Origin: Psammoneis japonica
Taxonomy: Eukaryota
Length of the DNA stretch: 64,000 nucleotides
NCBI GenBank assembly: GCA_008632985.1
Contig: QPGO01000048.1
Coordinates: 310,001-374,000, forward strand
Direction: 5' to 3'
Below the pieces are notes generated by a model, which was not told the origin of the DNA, ran no database searches, and saw nothing but the letters and a program-made list of their open reading frames with translations. Position 1 is the stretch's first letter, and every line of letters begins with the position of its first letter. Positions 1 to 11,990 of this stretch are shown one piece after another. The translations under genes and the position numbers were made by a program.

Positions 1-221
1 TTATGGAGTGCAGTGCAAAGGCGGGTTATAACGTCAAGAGTTTGTTCCGAAAGCTCGCTACATCACTTCCTGGCAGCGCTGATGCTGCCAATAAAGCAGG
101 GGCGAATGGGTCGGCGGCGGGAGCTTCTGGTGCGAATGCTGCGGCAGGATCAAGCCTTGTGGATCTCAAGCTGTCCGCAGCTCCGGCGAACCTTGATGAG
201 GCGAAATCGTGCGGATGCTAA
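1..221 (+). CDS. RAB6: Rab6/Ypt6-family small GTPase, C-terminal part (5' end outside window)
   Basis: G5 box 'ECSAKAGYNVKSLFRKLA' typical of Rab6, a hypervariable tail, and a C-terminal CxC prenylation motif (CGC*). Confidence 0.8.
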   Translation, partial: MECSAKAGYNVKSLFRKLATSLPGSADAANKAGANGSAAGASGANAAAGSSLVDLKLSAAPANLDEAKSCGC

Positions 222-470
222 GGTTTAATTTCAGGATAATGTAGACAAAACCATCTTGGAATTCCTGACGCGAGACGCCGTGGATGGAGACACTCTCACG
301 ATGTAACGAGTAACAAGCACTTATTTGTAAATTTTACATCTAATCACGGACTGCCTATATAAATTACCTAATACATGCAGAGACAAGCCCCCGCCAGCGA
401 CTAAATCGGTACTAATTCGGGCCACGCGGTTACCACTGCGAGAGTCGTCCCCTCCAGATCTGACGGTTGC

Positions 471-2321
471 TCAGTCTTCCTTCTTCTTGCTGGGTGGTGG
501 TTCGATCATGACCCCAAGTGCGGCTTTCACCCTTGCTGCAGCCTCAGATATCTGCTTAGCCTTTGTAGCGCCGATAATGCACATGAAACAAAGACCAACC
601 GCATACAGATGGGACAGCACATCCGATCCAGCCTTGCACACTTGCGAGTAAGGGGAGCAAGTCATATCTGCGATCCACCTGAGAATGAAGGAAACAAGCG
701 CAATGCTCATTGGGATAATGTACCTACTCAAACAAAAAGGCGAGAGAAACACGTAAGTCGTGTGAAACAAGAATTTTCAATAAGAAGACTGCAATAGAGC
801 CGGACGATCGCGAAAGAGACTTACATTTCCATGCCAGCAAGCGGGTTCCGACCGTCGTTCAGCGAAGAATACATTTCGAAACTTTCTCCAATCTGCTTGA
901 GCAACTCTGACTTTGCACTATCGATGTTGTTCTGGCTACCAAAATTGGCAATCCCAGAGAACTTCTCCTTGCTTGCAGCCACGGCGTCTTCATGCAGCTC
1001 GAGGAGTTCCTGAGGGCGCACATAGTTCGAGCAATGGGGACCGGCGATACGGTCCATGGTGTCCTTGTAGAGGCTCATGGCATTGTGAATCGCGTTGGTG
1101 TTGTTTGCCGATGCCGTTGCCTCCAAGAGGGTGGCTGCTTCTGGGAAATGAGCGCCGGACGCAAAGAGCGCAGCATACGCCTTGATGTACGAGCCCAGCT
1201 CGACCGAAGTCAGCTCGCGCCCATGGATGATCTTGGGTTGCATATTTTCTACGTCGAAGACGCGGCTACAATACCTGTCCAATAACTCCAAGAATGTTGC
1301 CTCCATGACACTAACGTCACCGGTATACTTTCTCTTTGTTACGGCAAAACCTGGATGCGTCATTGCGAAGCAAGACACCTTCTCAAAGCAGCTCAGGATT
1401 TGTTGCCGAGTATCCTGAAGGTCTTTGGCGTCTCGCTCGGCAATGACGCTTTCAAGGTAGGTGTCCATCTCCTTTGGCGAGTGCATTGAGATTGGGTGAG
1501 AGATGAAGTAAGTGTGACTAACAGCAAGATCATCAACATCAAGAACAACAACAATAACGCACCTTCTCCATCTCATCAAAGTTCTCTTCTTCCTCGAAAT
1601 GTTGCCAATCGCGCACCAGAAACTCAATATGTTGAAAAGGCTTGGTTGATGCGGCATTCTGTGCATCGTCATCTTCATCGTACGTGCTCATGGCCATTCG
1701 TGCGTACTCAGAGAAGAGTGCCAGCTGCTGAAGATTGTCTTCTTGAATACGCTTATCGACATTGTAGATCTGGTAGCTGCTCAAAAGAGTGCTGAGACCG
1801 AAAATAGATGCAGTCAAGGCCATCGTGGTTTCATGGTCGAACATTCCCTGCGTGTCGACCAACAGAATAGCCAGCTGACTTCCATCCTTCTTTTCGACAA
1901 AGTATGGTTCGCTCCACATCCAAATCCCGGTGGTATTCCGTTCTGATCCACCACGCCAATCGAAGCCGTCGTGACCGAGGGATTCAAACCCCTTATGCCA
2001 CTTATCTGTTTTAGAACCGCTTTCCGGATCCTTCTGGACCTTCTGGAGTCGGTCGAGATACCGCAGGAACCAAGAGAGCAGAAAGCTCTTACCTGTGCGA
2101 AAAGCACCGACCACGCTCACGACAGATACCTTCCAGCCCGGCGGTATCTTCGCGAGAATATCATTCAGTGCTTCTTCGTGAAACGAGAATGCATAAGCGT
2201 TTTCTTCTGAGCCGACCGAAACGATTTGAAGTGGTTCCGGTGAGCTCGGGGTTTCATCCTTCTCCTCCTCCTCGGACGAGGGGTGCTCCACCATCACGGG
2301 TTGATCGTCGTCGTCACTCAT
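471..2321 (-). CDS. Atlastin-family (GB1/RHD3) ER-fusion GTPase; exons 2321-1563, 1471-825, 723-471
   Basis: P-loop GAFRTGKS, TTGIWMW, DTQG and RDW motifs, two C-terminal hydrophobic segments, and a KKKED end. GT..AG introns 1562-1472 and 824-724 join the three ORFs in frame. Confidence 0.88.
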
Positions 2322-2580
2322 TGTCTTCGAAGGGGTTGTTTCAAAGCAAGATGACAGCGGCGGCACGAATCCGGCAGGCATTGTGCGCTGTGCGCTACGG
2401 TACACGGGGCGAGGGCGGTGGCGAAGGGCGAAACAGTCCGTCGCATGGACGGACGGACGGACGGACGGAGAACGCGTGGATCATTTTTATCTTTGACACC
2501 TGCTGATCTCTACAGCACTGCTAGCTAGAGAGTAGAGAGTGGCTAGCTAGCTAGAGAGTAGAGCTCTACTCTAGCTAGAG

Positions 2581-4110
2581 AGTCCAGCTGCTGTTGCTCC
2601 AGCCACTGGCTGACAGCAGCAGCAGCAGAGAGCATTCTCGCGCAAGATGAGGACAAACGCGCGTTCACAATCGTCCAAAGCACTTCAGGAAGAACATGAC
2701 ACAAACACCTCGCAGCAAGTGGGCCATCAGCTGTGGACAACAACCACAACAACCACAGCATGGCACCCCCACCCAGTGGCCACCAAGGCATCCATCTGAA
2801 CAACTTTTGAGCTGGGGCATGCCAGCGCGCAGAGCCCAGCCAGTTGTGATCAGTTGTGAAGCATGGCAGGGCTCTCCTTTGCCATTGCCCCACCACCCCA
2901 CACCCTCTGCAACAGCTTCCACCTGGAGTTTGTTGCACACAGCTCTGCTGCCATGCAAGTCTGCCTCCTGCATCAACAATTCATTGTGGTTCCCAGCACC
3001 AGCATTTGGAGTTGCGTCCTCCATTGGCTGGCAGCTGCAAGATGGCACACTGCTTGACTGCAAGACATGTGGCGATGCAGCAGGTCTTCCCAGCATCTCC
3101 CCACAGCATTGCCAGTCCTTTTTTGTTAGAAACTGCTGATCAGAGATTGCAACAGATTTCAAAAACTTTGCAGCCAGAGCTGTGCTGGGAGACTGGCAAT
3201 GCTGAGAACTGCTCTCTGTGCGCCACAAAGAAATGCTGTGTGATGAAGAAAAAGTGGAGCTGTGCTGCATGACCAGTGTGGCCTGGATTTTGTGCAAACG
3301 ATGTCTCAATGTCTCACCAGTGTTGTTTGATCTGTCAAATGTGGGGTGCATCACATTGATTTCTTGCCAACTCAAGTGAGACAATGAAAAAGAACAGCAG
3401 GGCAGTCAGGAACAACAGTGTCAGAGCCAAAGCAGGGTAACAAAGAGTTTGGCAGGTGGTTGAGATTCACAGAAGACACATCTGCTGTTGCAGAGATGCT
3501 CTCCACAATGAGAAGAACTTCATCCCAGACTGGCACAAAATTGCTGATGGTGCTGGTGATGTGTGGAGAGATGACAGAGATTGCCCAGACAAGGGAGGGT
3601 GTTGCTGCTGATCTTGAGCAGGAGCTTGCTTGCAGCACCAACAAGAAGGGCGCTTCTCCTGGAGAAGAGCAAAGCTCTGCTGTCCTCTTGGAAATGCGTG
3701 CAGAAAGGCACAATGGTCGAAGAAGTCTCAAAGAAGATTCCAGCTCAAGAAGCAAAGCTGCTGGGAGAGATCAAGCAACAAATGTTTCCTCCAATGGGTC
3801 AAAGTCCATCCTTTTCATGCTTGGCTGTGCTTGCTCTGCACAAGCTTGTCCAACGATTTTGATTTGACACTGGGGGGGGGGGGGACAGCACACACCATGG
3901 TTGACCATCAGCAGGAGCCTGCTGCCATGAAAGGCTCTGACAGTGGCACAGACTTGGGGGCTCTCTTTCAAAGTGTGCAACACCATGATGCCTTGCATCC
4001 TGCCAAAAGTGACGAGTTTTTCAGTTCCGACCATCACGAAAAATTGCCACCTGTTGCTGCCTTTCACTGTTTCCATCTCACTGGGAAGCAATCAATTTTG
4101 ATTTGGAGTA
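2581..4110. other. TpA- and CpG-depleted island; unidentified decayed repeat or gene copy
   Basis: Only two TpA found by manual scan (3127, 3438) and few CpG. Cys/His-rich, Tyr-free ORFs in several frames. Flanked by TAG/GA-rich tracts. Confidence 0.7.
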
Positions 4111-4362
4111 AAAAAAAAAGCACGCTAGCAGTGAAATGCTGCATCTGGAGTATAGTAGAAGTAAAATACCGAACCACCAACAAAAGCACGACAGGCACAT
4201 CCTTCTCCTCAAAAGACTTCATCTAGAGAGGAGGGGGGGGAGGAGAGAGAGAGAGAGTTCGAGAGAGAGAGAGCAACGCAACTCATGTGCACCAGTCAAG
4301 ATGCCATAGACTAGACTCATGTGGTATTCTTTCCATTAAATCTAACAAAGGCAAATATTTAT

Positions 4363-5574
4363 CTACAGGCGGCAGTGGATTTTCGCTTTGTTGGCGTGCG
4401 GTTCCTCGTTTGCGAGCGCACCAGAACATCTTGAGATCCTTCGAACAGCGTCTATGAACTTTGTCGCAGCATAATCCGACCAAGTCACAAACTTCACCTC
4501 TGACTTGGACATACAGAGCCTCTCGGCATAGATCCAGTTGAAGATTTTTGCTTTGGTATGCCCGACAAGAATTACGTTGGGGTTCGAAAGACAAGCCTGA
4601 ATCGCACCTCCAACACGTTCATAATGGCTTTGGTAATTGTCTAAGCAAAGCACCATGGTTGGAATTCCTATGCTCAAAGTGGTGATGCCTGTTTTTCTCT
4701 TTGCCATATTCTTCTGTTCAATGCTACTCTCCGTCACATCGAAACTGTAGTTCACAATCACAGCACCTGCGACGCAATTTGGGGTGGAGTTTGCCAGGCC
4801 TTCCTCATCTAAATACTTCAAAATGGCGTTTGCCCCCATAGAGTAGCCAACGAGAAAAACCTGACTGTCTCGCGGAAAGTCAGAGGAACAACACAGATGC
4901 TTGACAAAGAATCTGTTGAGTGGAAAAGAAGCACAGGTTTAGAGTTGTGTGCCCGATGGAAATAATGCAAGAAGGAAGTGCCACACTAACCTAATGCCGC
5001 TCCTGAGTCTTTCGTCGGGATCAGTATGGTTTGGTTGTACATCGAGCGTATCTCTCAATAAAGCGGCCGTCCAGCCATATTCAACGCAGACCCGAGTTAA
5101 ACTGTGTTGTTGCCGAGTAACGGAAATGCTTGCAGTTGGATCTGGAACGATAACAACTACGGGAGAACGAAGAGCTTTTTTCCGGACTTTGTCGGAAGTG
5201 GACTCTGGAAACGTCCACTCGACCTGTACGGCGCATCTTTCATCATTGATTGTTTCATTCAAGGTATGCCCAGGGAAGACCGCACGTGTGGGCTTCAACA
5301 GAGAGCTATTGATCAAAGCTCGAGTCCTACCGAGCAATTTCTGACGCAACCTTCGAATGAATACTGCCGTCATTAAAGAACACAGTGCATCGTTGCGATC
5401 TGTCTGTTGCCGCAATACGAGTGGTAAACATACAAGTTTCCGTTGCTGACGTCGCTCCGAAACCCAGGCCGAAAACAGAAGAAGGATGAACCAACGTAAC
5501 AACTTTGGATCTCGTTTCTCGTTGTCACGCGAGACGAGCTTTTCTTTGTCGCTACTGAAACTTCTCAAAGTCAT
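4363..5574 (-). CDS. ABHD1-3/YheT-like alpha/beta hydrolase, divergent or possibly degenerate; exons 5574-4991, 4912-4363
   Basis: Nucleophile elbow 'VFLVGYSMGANAILKYL' plus 'IPTMVL' and 'NPNVILV' segments. Intron 4990-4913 (GT..CAG) restores the frame. Confidence 0.6.
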
Positions 5575-6290
5575 TGGACACGTCCTTTTGTAACTCTCTC
5601 ACTCCACCGACTAGTTTCGTCGATTGATTCCGAGAGTTAAAAGGGTCAGGTAACTTGTAGTTCTGACATCCCCATCTATGGTATCTTATTGCTTCGATCC
5701 GCCATAGCCGCCGCCATGGTTGTGGTTTGGTCCACGGTTGGGTAGGCGGACGGACGGATTTCTGGTTCATCTCACACTCTCTTAGCTACCGTAGAGAGAG
5801 TAGTTTAGAGTCTCTCTCTCTCTTTCTAGCTAGCAAGGAGAAAGAGCCTCGGATAGAGAGAGAAAGTGAGTAGCAGCACTATACGGTAGATCAAATTTCT
5901 CTGTGGAAGTAAGAAGTCTTGTTTACTAATTTTCAACCTGATCACCATGTCTTTTCTCGAAGTCGCATTTCCTCTACCGGTAGCGGTACTGTGTGTGTGT
6001 GTGCTGTAGAGAGCTCTCTAGAGCTAGGTACAGGGAGACTGTATTCTGTGCAGCAGATAGCCTACAGTACTATGCAATAGTCTCACACTTTTCACCTCAG
6101 CTTGCCTGACATCGCAGCTAAGTGCAAAGTCCTAACATAGAAGGTAATATGAGTAGCTAGAATTTCCATTTCGTATCCTACGATGATGCGTTGACAAGAG
6201 GAGAGCAAATATTCAAGATGCCAGGAGTTCTCAATGAAAAGCTTCTTATCCCCCACACCAATAGTCCTACTATGCTGCATCGGAGAAAAC

Positions 6291-8908
6291 CTACGCCCTC
6301 AAAAAGAACATCAGCAGCAAACACACAAAGGCGATGAAAACCAAGTTGCGTGGTGCAGCGAGGAAGCGAAGGTTGATACGAAACCGCAACTTCCTGTGGA
6401 AGAAACTCTCTCGTGAGCGCCTCGATTGGAAAGAATAATCTCGCTCATCTTCGACTGTATGAGTAAGGCCCAGCTTGGAGTTGAGCCAATTGGAAAGACT
6501 GGTTGTTAAAGACACTAAGAAAGTACACTCATAGCTCTTCGTACAAGTGTCAATGTCGTCGCCAACGTATGAAATGTCCATAGGGTCACACTTGACTGTC
6601 CCAGAAATAATGTCTTCCTTACCACGTTCAGTGAGCATCCCATTGCTTGCTTTCTCGGGCATGATGCTTCGCACAGTACCGAGCTCTTCGCGCACGGATC
6701 GCTTTTTCTGTGTCTCGATGAAATCTATTGGAAAGTCGACAATATTCCTCGCCTGACCAATAAGTATCTTGATGGCTGATTCGTCGCTGACGCCATTGCT
6801 GAACCAGTGTTGAGATGAAAGCCGTTCTAGTATGCCCATTTCTCGCACTGTCTTCATGTGCTGCATGTATACCTCTTCCAGCAGAGTATGCATGTCCTCG
6901 CTACAGGATGACAAGCTCTCGTCTCCAAGGTACGGTGCAAAGTCTCCAAGAATCTCAGTATGCTTGCCAACTAAGGAAAACAACGGATGGTCCGGAGCAG
7001 ATCTAGATAAGAGCTGGTTGATGGTGTCAACCACGGGCTTAGTGAAGACCCGAAACACTCGCTTCAAGTGCCTCAAAGAGCGATGAAATTCCTTGGACGA
7101 GAAATCAAGTTCTCGGGCGCGCCGAAGGAAGATTGCCAGAGGTATTGTGTAGAGATGGAGGTTAGCGGCAATGAAGGGCGCCCATTTTGGGGCGTATCGA
7201 CTTGGTGAAGTGGCCTTTGGAAATGTCACCACCCCTACAACATCAATTTGTTGAGAAGACCGGGGTGACACCGAATGCAGAAAGTGTTTTGCTGTCGAAG
7301 GTGAAAACTCGGATACAATTTTGTTGCTCTTGCCTTTGGAGGTTACAAAAATCCAAAGCGAGGACTCGTGGTGTTAGTGGCTTCAAAGCAATGAACGAGA
7401 AACCGACAGAAAGTTGATGAACGCTGGAACTTACGCATTTCCACATTCCAGGGTTCCAGCCATACGAGCCATGCATTCATTGCCGTGAAGAAAGCTGAGT
7501 CGGTCACATGAATCGGAGCGTGACGAAGCGTCATCCGCAAATAGTTGTAAAACGATTGCTGCAAGATAGTCATCGAGGGGCTGATGCACCATTTGTCCGG
7601 AGAAGCCTGAGATGACGATGTGTCTATGGAGGACAGAGCCTCAAAAGTATCAAAGACAGCCAATGAGACAGAAGGGTCAGAAACCAGGTGGTTGACCACT
7701 CGTCGCAAGCAAGTCTGAACCAATGCCGGTGGTGCCGAATAATCTTTGACGTTTGTCATTTCAAACGATGCATCAAGGGTCAACGGCATTGTAGCGGGCA
7801 TCCCATGCAGTCGTCGGCGTTCTTGAATCGCCTTCGCTACGTCAACACTTTTCGGAAAGACATAATTGCCGTCAAACCAGAATTCGATAACCACACGCAA
7901 AAATAGCTCTGAGTCACGGCCTAATTCCGAAAATTCAAGAAATGGTGGTCTTGCCTTTCCGTGAGGAATTAGCTGCTTTAGATATCCTCGAAATAGCCTG
8001 TCGTAAACGCTCCTTCCATAGTGCGAAGACTGCTTTCTATAGACGATAGAGCTAGAAGCATGACGAGAGCTATCGCTGACCCTAGACGAAGGGCTAGATA
8101 GTCCCTGTGGCTGGGGCACCTTGGAAGGAGCTCTCGGGGTGGCAAGCGGGTATCTCACGAAAGTGATGAGATAGTACTCGAGCATACTTAGCATAATGTT
8201 GCAGGGTGCATCAGGCTTGGATTCGCCCTTTTGAGGGGAGGGAGGAGCAGGCGATGCAACAAACCCGGGACTCAGCTGCAGGGGCCTTTGCTGTAATTGG
8301 TTTTCGGCTGCCTTCTTCTGTTGGTATATTCTCAGGTCATTCTGGTCCTTCGGGTGTACACGCAATAGACTGCCCGTGAGCAGAAAGGCATTTTGGCGGA
8401 GCGGCGCTGCCGGTGGGGGGCCACCAAAAGAAGACTTGAGAAGGGCCAACATGACCTCCTGAGTTGGTTGCGGAAGCGCTTCAAACGGGAAGGCAAAACG
8501 TACGCCGGGCCGGTGCTCTGTTTCTGCAGATATTGCGTCAAAAAGAGTTGGAAGCTGCTCGCTGCTTCTTGTCGATCTTCCAGCCAAAAGCTGCACGACA
8601 GAATCATTGTCAAGCGAAGTCGCTTTTGATGAGTAAGAGGAAGGAAGTCCTCGGGGCGATCTTGCGGAAGAAGAGACTGGGGGGTCCCAGCGATTTTGTT
8701 GAGAGAGCCAACCGCCGGGTTCGTGGCGAAATTCGTCCTTGGCCTGCATCTGCCCAAACAAGCGCTGGCATAATAGAGGAAACAGACGAATGAAACGCGC
8801 TTCAGCAACAGAACCACCAGCAGGTAGTTCATATCTTACAAAGGAAAGAAGCGCACGAGCAGCTTCGGACGGAGAGACAGCGTTGTTGCTGAACGCTTCC
8901 TCTAACAT
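6291..8908 (-). CDS. Sphingomyelin phosphodiesterase 4 (SMPD4)-like protein; exons 8908-7435, 7333-6291
   Basis: Family-type motifs WLVWLEPW, W..FIAAN..LY, SYE..FLV and RINLRFLA followed by a C-terminal TM. Intron 7434-7334 (GTAAGT..AAG) is in frame. Confidence 0.78.
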
Positions 8909-9127
8909 TGTGTGCGTAGGAAGAAAGGCTTCGATTACTCTCTCTGTTTACGCGGCTTCTCCAACAAGGGAAGGGTTTCTGAACAGCCAATGAAACAGGT
9001 CGATCTGGTGTATCTTTTTTTTGTTGTTGTCGTTGTCATTGTGCCATGTGGCCTCAGTACAGACAGCAGTCGGTCCTCTGCTCGACTCGCCTATGGAGAG
9101 TCTACGGCCTTACCGGTACCGCCCGCC

Positions 9128-11738
9128 CACCCCTGTGGTAGGGGAGTTGTGTGTGTGTGCGTGGTTGTGCGCGCACGGCTTCGCCGTGCGTTGAGTTTTA
9201 ATGTTAATATCCACACGAATGTGTATATTCCATAAGTAAAAATTCCTATTCCACAGCTCCCCTAAAACTCTAACCACCAAAAACCGAGGGGTCGGAAGCG
9301 CACTTTCGGGAGCTCTTTTTCTCCGCACAAAAAACACGCGTTTCGTCGACTCGACCATGATGATGCCTCGTGGTTCTTCCCCATCGCCTTCCCAGGACGC
9401 CGATCCTACTGACACCGTTGCCAACAACACTGACACAACAGGCAATGTCATTGTTCCGGTTCTCGTGGGTGTGATGCGTACAAAATAAGATGCTACAAAC
9501 TCACACTGTTGTTTGCACGCTCCACCGCCTCCCACAGATGCCATCACGAATTCCAACGCCGTACCTGCGTTTCGGGCCCCTAGCATGCCCGACACTGTTG
9601 CTCCCACCCTCACTGCCGCAGGTGCTGTTGATGCTGTTGTTGCATTTTGCCAATGACGTCCACAATGAAATGCCAACAACTCACACTTCTTTCATTCTCG
9701 CCCCACCGCCTCCCACAGATGCTGTCACAAATTCCAACGCCGCACCTGCATTTCGGCCCCCTGGCATGCCCGATGCTGTACTCCCACCCTTGCTGCCACA
9801 GGTGCTGTTGATGCTGTTGTTGTCTTTTGCCAATGACGTCCACAACGAAATGCTTGTAACTCACACTTCTTTCATTCTCGCCCCACTGCCTCCCACAGAT
9901 GCTGTCACGAATTCCAACGCCGCACCTGCGTTTCGGCCCCCTGGCATGCCCGACACTGTTGATCCTGCCCTTGCTGCCGCAGTTGCTGTTGACACTGTTG
10001 TTGTTTTTGCTTTGGAAGGAACACAGTGGATGACGGATGACGGCGGACCAGGAAACCCACGCAACCACGACCTGCTGATGGACGACACATCAATGGACAT
10101 GAATGGTGCCTCTTGGTTGGCTCTCGAGTGCAGTCTAATCTTTAGAATTTACAGACACATTGTGCAGCTCTCTGCAAATTAGAAACCTGGTGACAATTGG
10201 ATGGCAGGCATGCTTTCACAGTTTTTTAGTTTCAAGTTGGAGAGGTCAGCGAATTGGCACTTGTTTGCAGGCGACTTGGCAAGGTTTCAAATGGTGCATG
10301 TGACTTGGACACTGCTCTGTTTTCCAGGACTGGGCCATTGTGTGCAATTCCACAAGAGGCCACTCTCGCCGTTTGAACTCTGCATGTGACGCACAACACA
10401 CTGTTTTTGCATGTTGCCAAAATGGAGGCAGGCAGCAACGTGCTTTTGGCAAATGCTCACTGTGTTTGTCACTGTCAGACCTTCAAAACCAGTGCCTTGT
10501 CGACAGCCATGCTGCCACTTTGCATGCCGGCACCTTCTCTGCCCGTGTTCCATTGGCTGCGTCCTCCTTCACATGTTGCTGCGGTTCATCTTGACACTTG
10601 TTGTTGGCTCCGATTGGTTCCGCTGGGCTCTGGGTGAGTCTCAATCACCTCCAGACAGACAAGGTTCTGCTTGGGAATGATCATCCTGAGAAAGGTCATC
10701 ACCATGCCTCCTGTCATAGATGCTCCTCTGCCACGCCCACTGAACCTTGACGTCGGTTTGTTGCTTTTGTTTTTTGACCTGGTTTCGGAGCTGCACCCCA
10801 GACCGTTTGAGAGAAGGCTCATCAGCACCTTCCACAACACGGCGATGCAAACGAGAATCCAGTTTCTCCGGGGGGACGGGTTCCAGTCCTGGGTGGGACT
10901 CCGTGTGACATTGGGCCCGTAGAATTCCACGTGCGAGCTCCGCAGCACGAGAATTTAATTGATGGATGTGTTCATCTTCAACATCAAATAAACTGCCAAG
11001 TTTGTGGCACAATCATGCCTCTTGCCACTCGACGTTTTTGCAAATGCGCCTGCCCTGCGCGATTCTTAAGACATTTTAGAATCGCGCTGCAACAAAAAAT
11101 GTCAAAAGTTGTTGGACGGATCGCTCAACAAGTGCACCACAAAATGACACAAAATGTCAAAAAAATCACGTAGAAATCTGCGTGCGCGACATGCGACGTG
11201 ATTCAAAAAACCATCGATGTCACAGTTCAGCAGTGCGAGGTCCCACCCAGACCTGGAACGCAGTCGGGGACGCAATGACAGGAGTGGACCAATCACGGCG
11301 CTGTGTTTGTGTTTCAGGCACAGGATCCGGCGAACAGAAGCCCAAATCCTCCGGATGGCAAATCGGCTGTGTTTGGGTAACGACAGCGGGTGCAACGGTG
11401 CCGGCCAATGCAGGAGGGACTGCCGCATCAGATGTGGCAGGCGGGGATGCGTCAGGTGGTGTGGGGGATGAAGAACGGGAGGTCGTCATGGTCGAGTCGA
11501 CGAAATGCGTGTTTTTTGTGCGGAGAAAAAGAGCTCCCAAAAGTGCGCTTCCGACCCCTCGGTTTTTGGTGGTTAGAGTTTTAGGGGAGAATGTGGTTCA
11601 GGATTTTTCCTGCTGCTATTAGCATTTGTGTACAAATGCATAAATAAATGTGAGGACATTTATATAAAAATATAATGAATAAGATATAAACTGCCACGTA
11701 ACCATGACATCACCATATTCTCCCCTACCACAGGGGTG
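9128..11738. mobile_element. Non-autonomous or decayed TIR DNA transposon with 19-bp perfect TIRs and a 9-bp flanking duplication (Mutator-like by duplication length)
   Basis: CACCCCTGTGGTAGGGGAG (9128-9146) / CTCCCCTACCACAGGGGTG (11720-11738). CCGCCCGCC at 9119-9127 and 11739-11747. Inner inverted repeats at ~9256-9360 and ~11486-11589. Confidence 0.85.
9499..10005. repeat. 180-bp tandem repeat, about 2.8 copies
   Basis: CTCACAC anchors at 9500, 9680 and 9860, with alignable units. Confidence 0.9.
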
Positions 11739-11747
11739 CCGCCCGCC

Positions 11748-11990
11748 CACCCCTGTGGTGGGGGAGCTGTGTGTGTGTTCGTGGTTGCGCGCGCACGGCT
11801 TCGCCGTCCGTTGAGTTTGAATTTTATTATTCACATGTATGTGTATATTCCATAAGTAAAAATTCCTACTATTAGCATTTGTGTAATGATGCATAAATAA
11901 ATGTAAGAACATTTATATAATAATATAATGAATAAGATATAAACTGCCACGTAACCATGACATCACCATATTCTCCCCTACCACGGGGTG
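11748..11990. mobile_element. 243-bp MITE of the same family as the 9128-11738 element
   Basis: Left ~120 bp matches 9128-9248 and right ~120 bp matches 11616-11738. Same TIRs with 1-2 changes. Confidence 0.88.
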
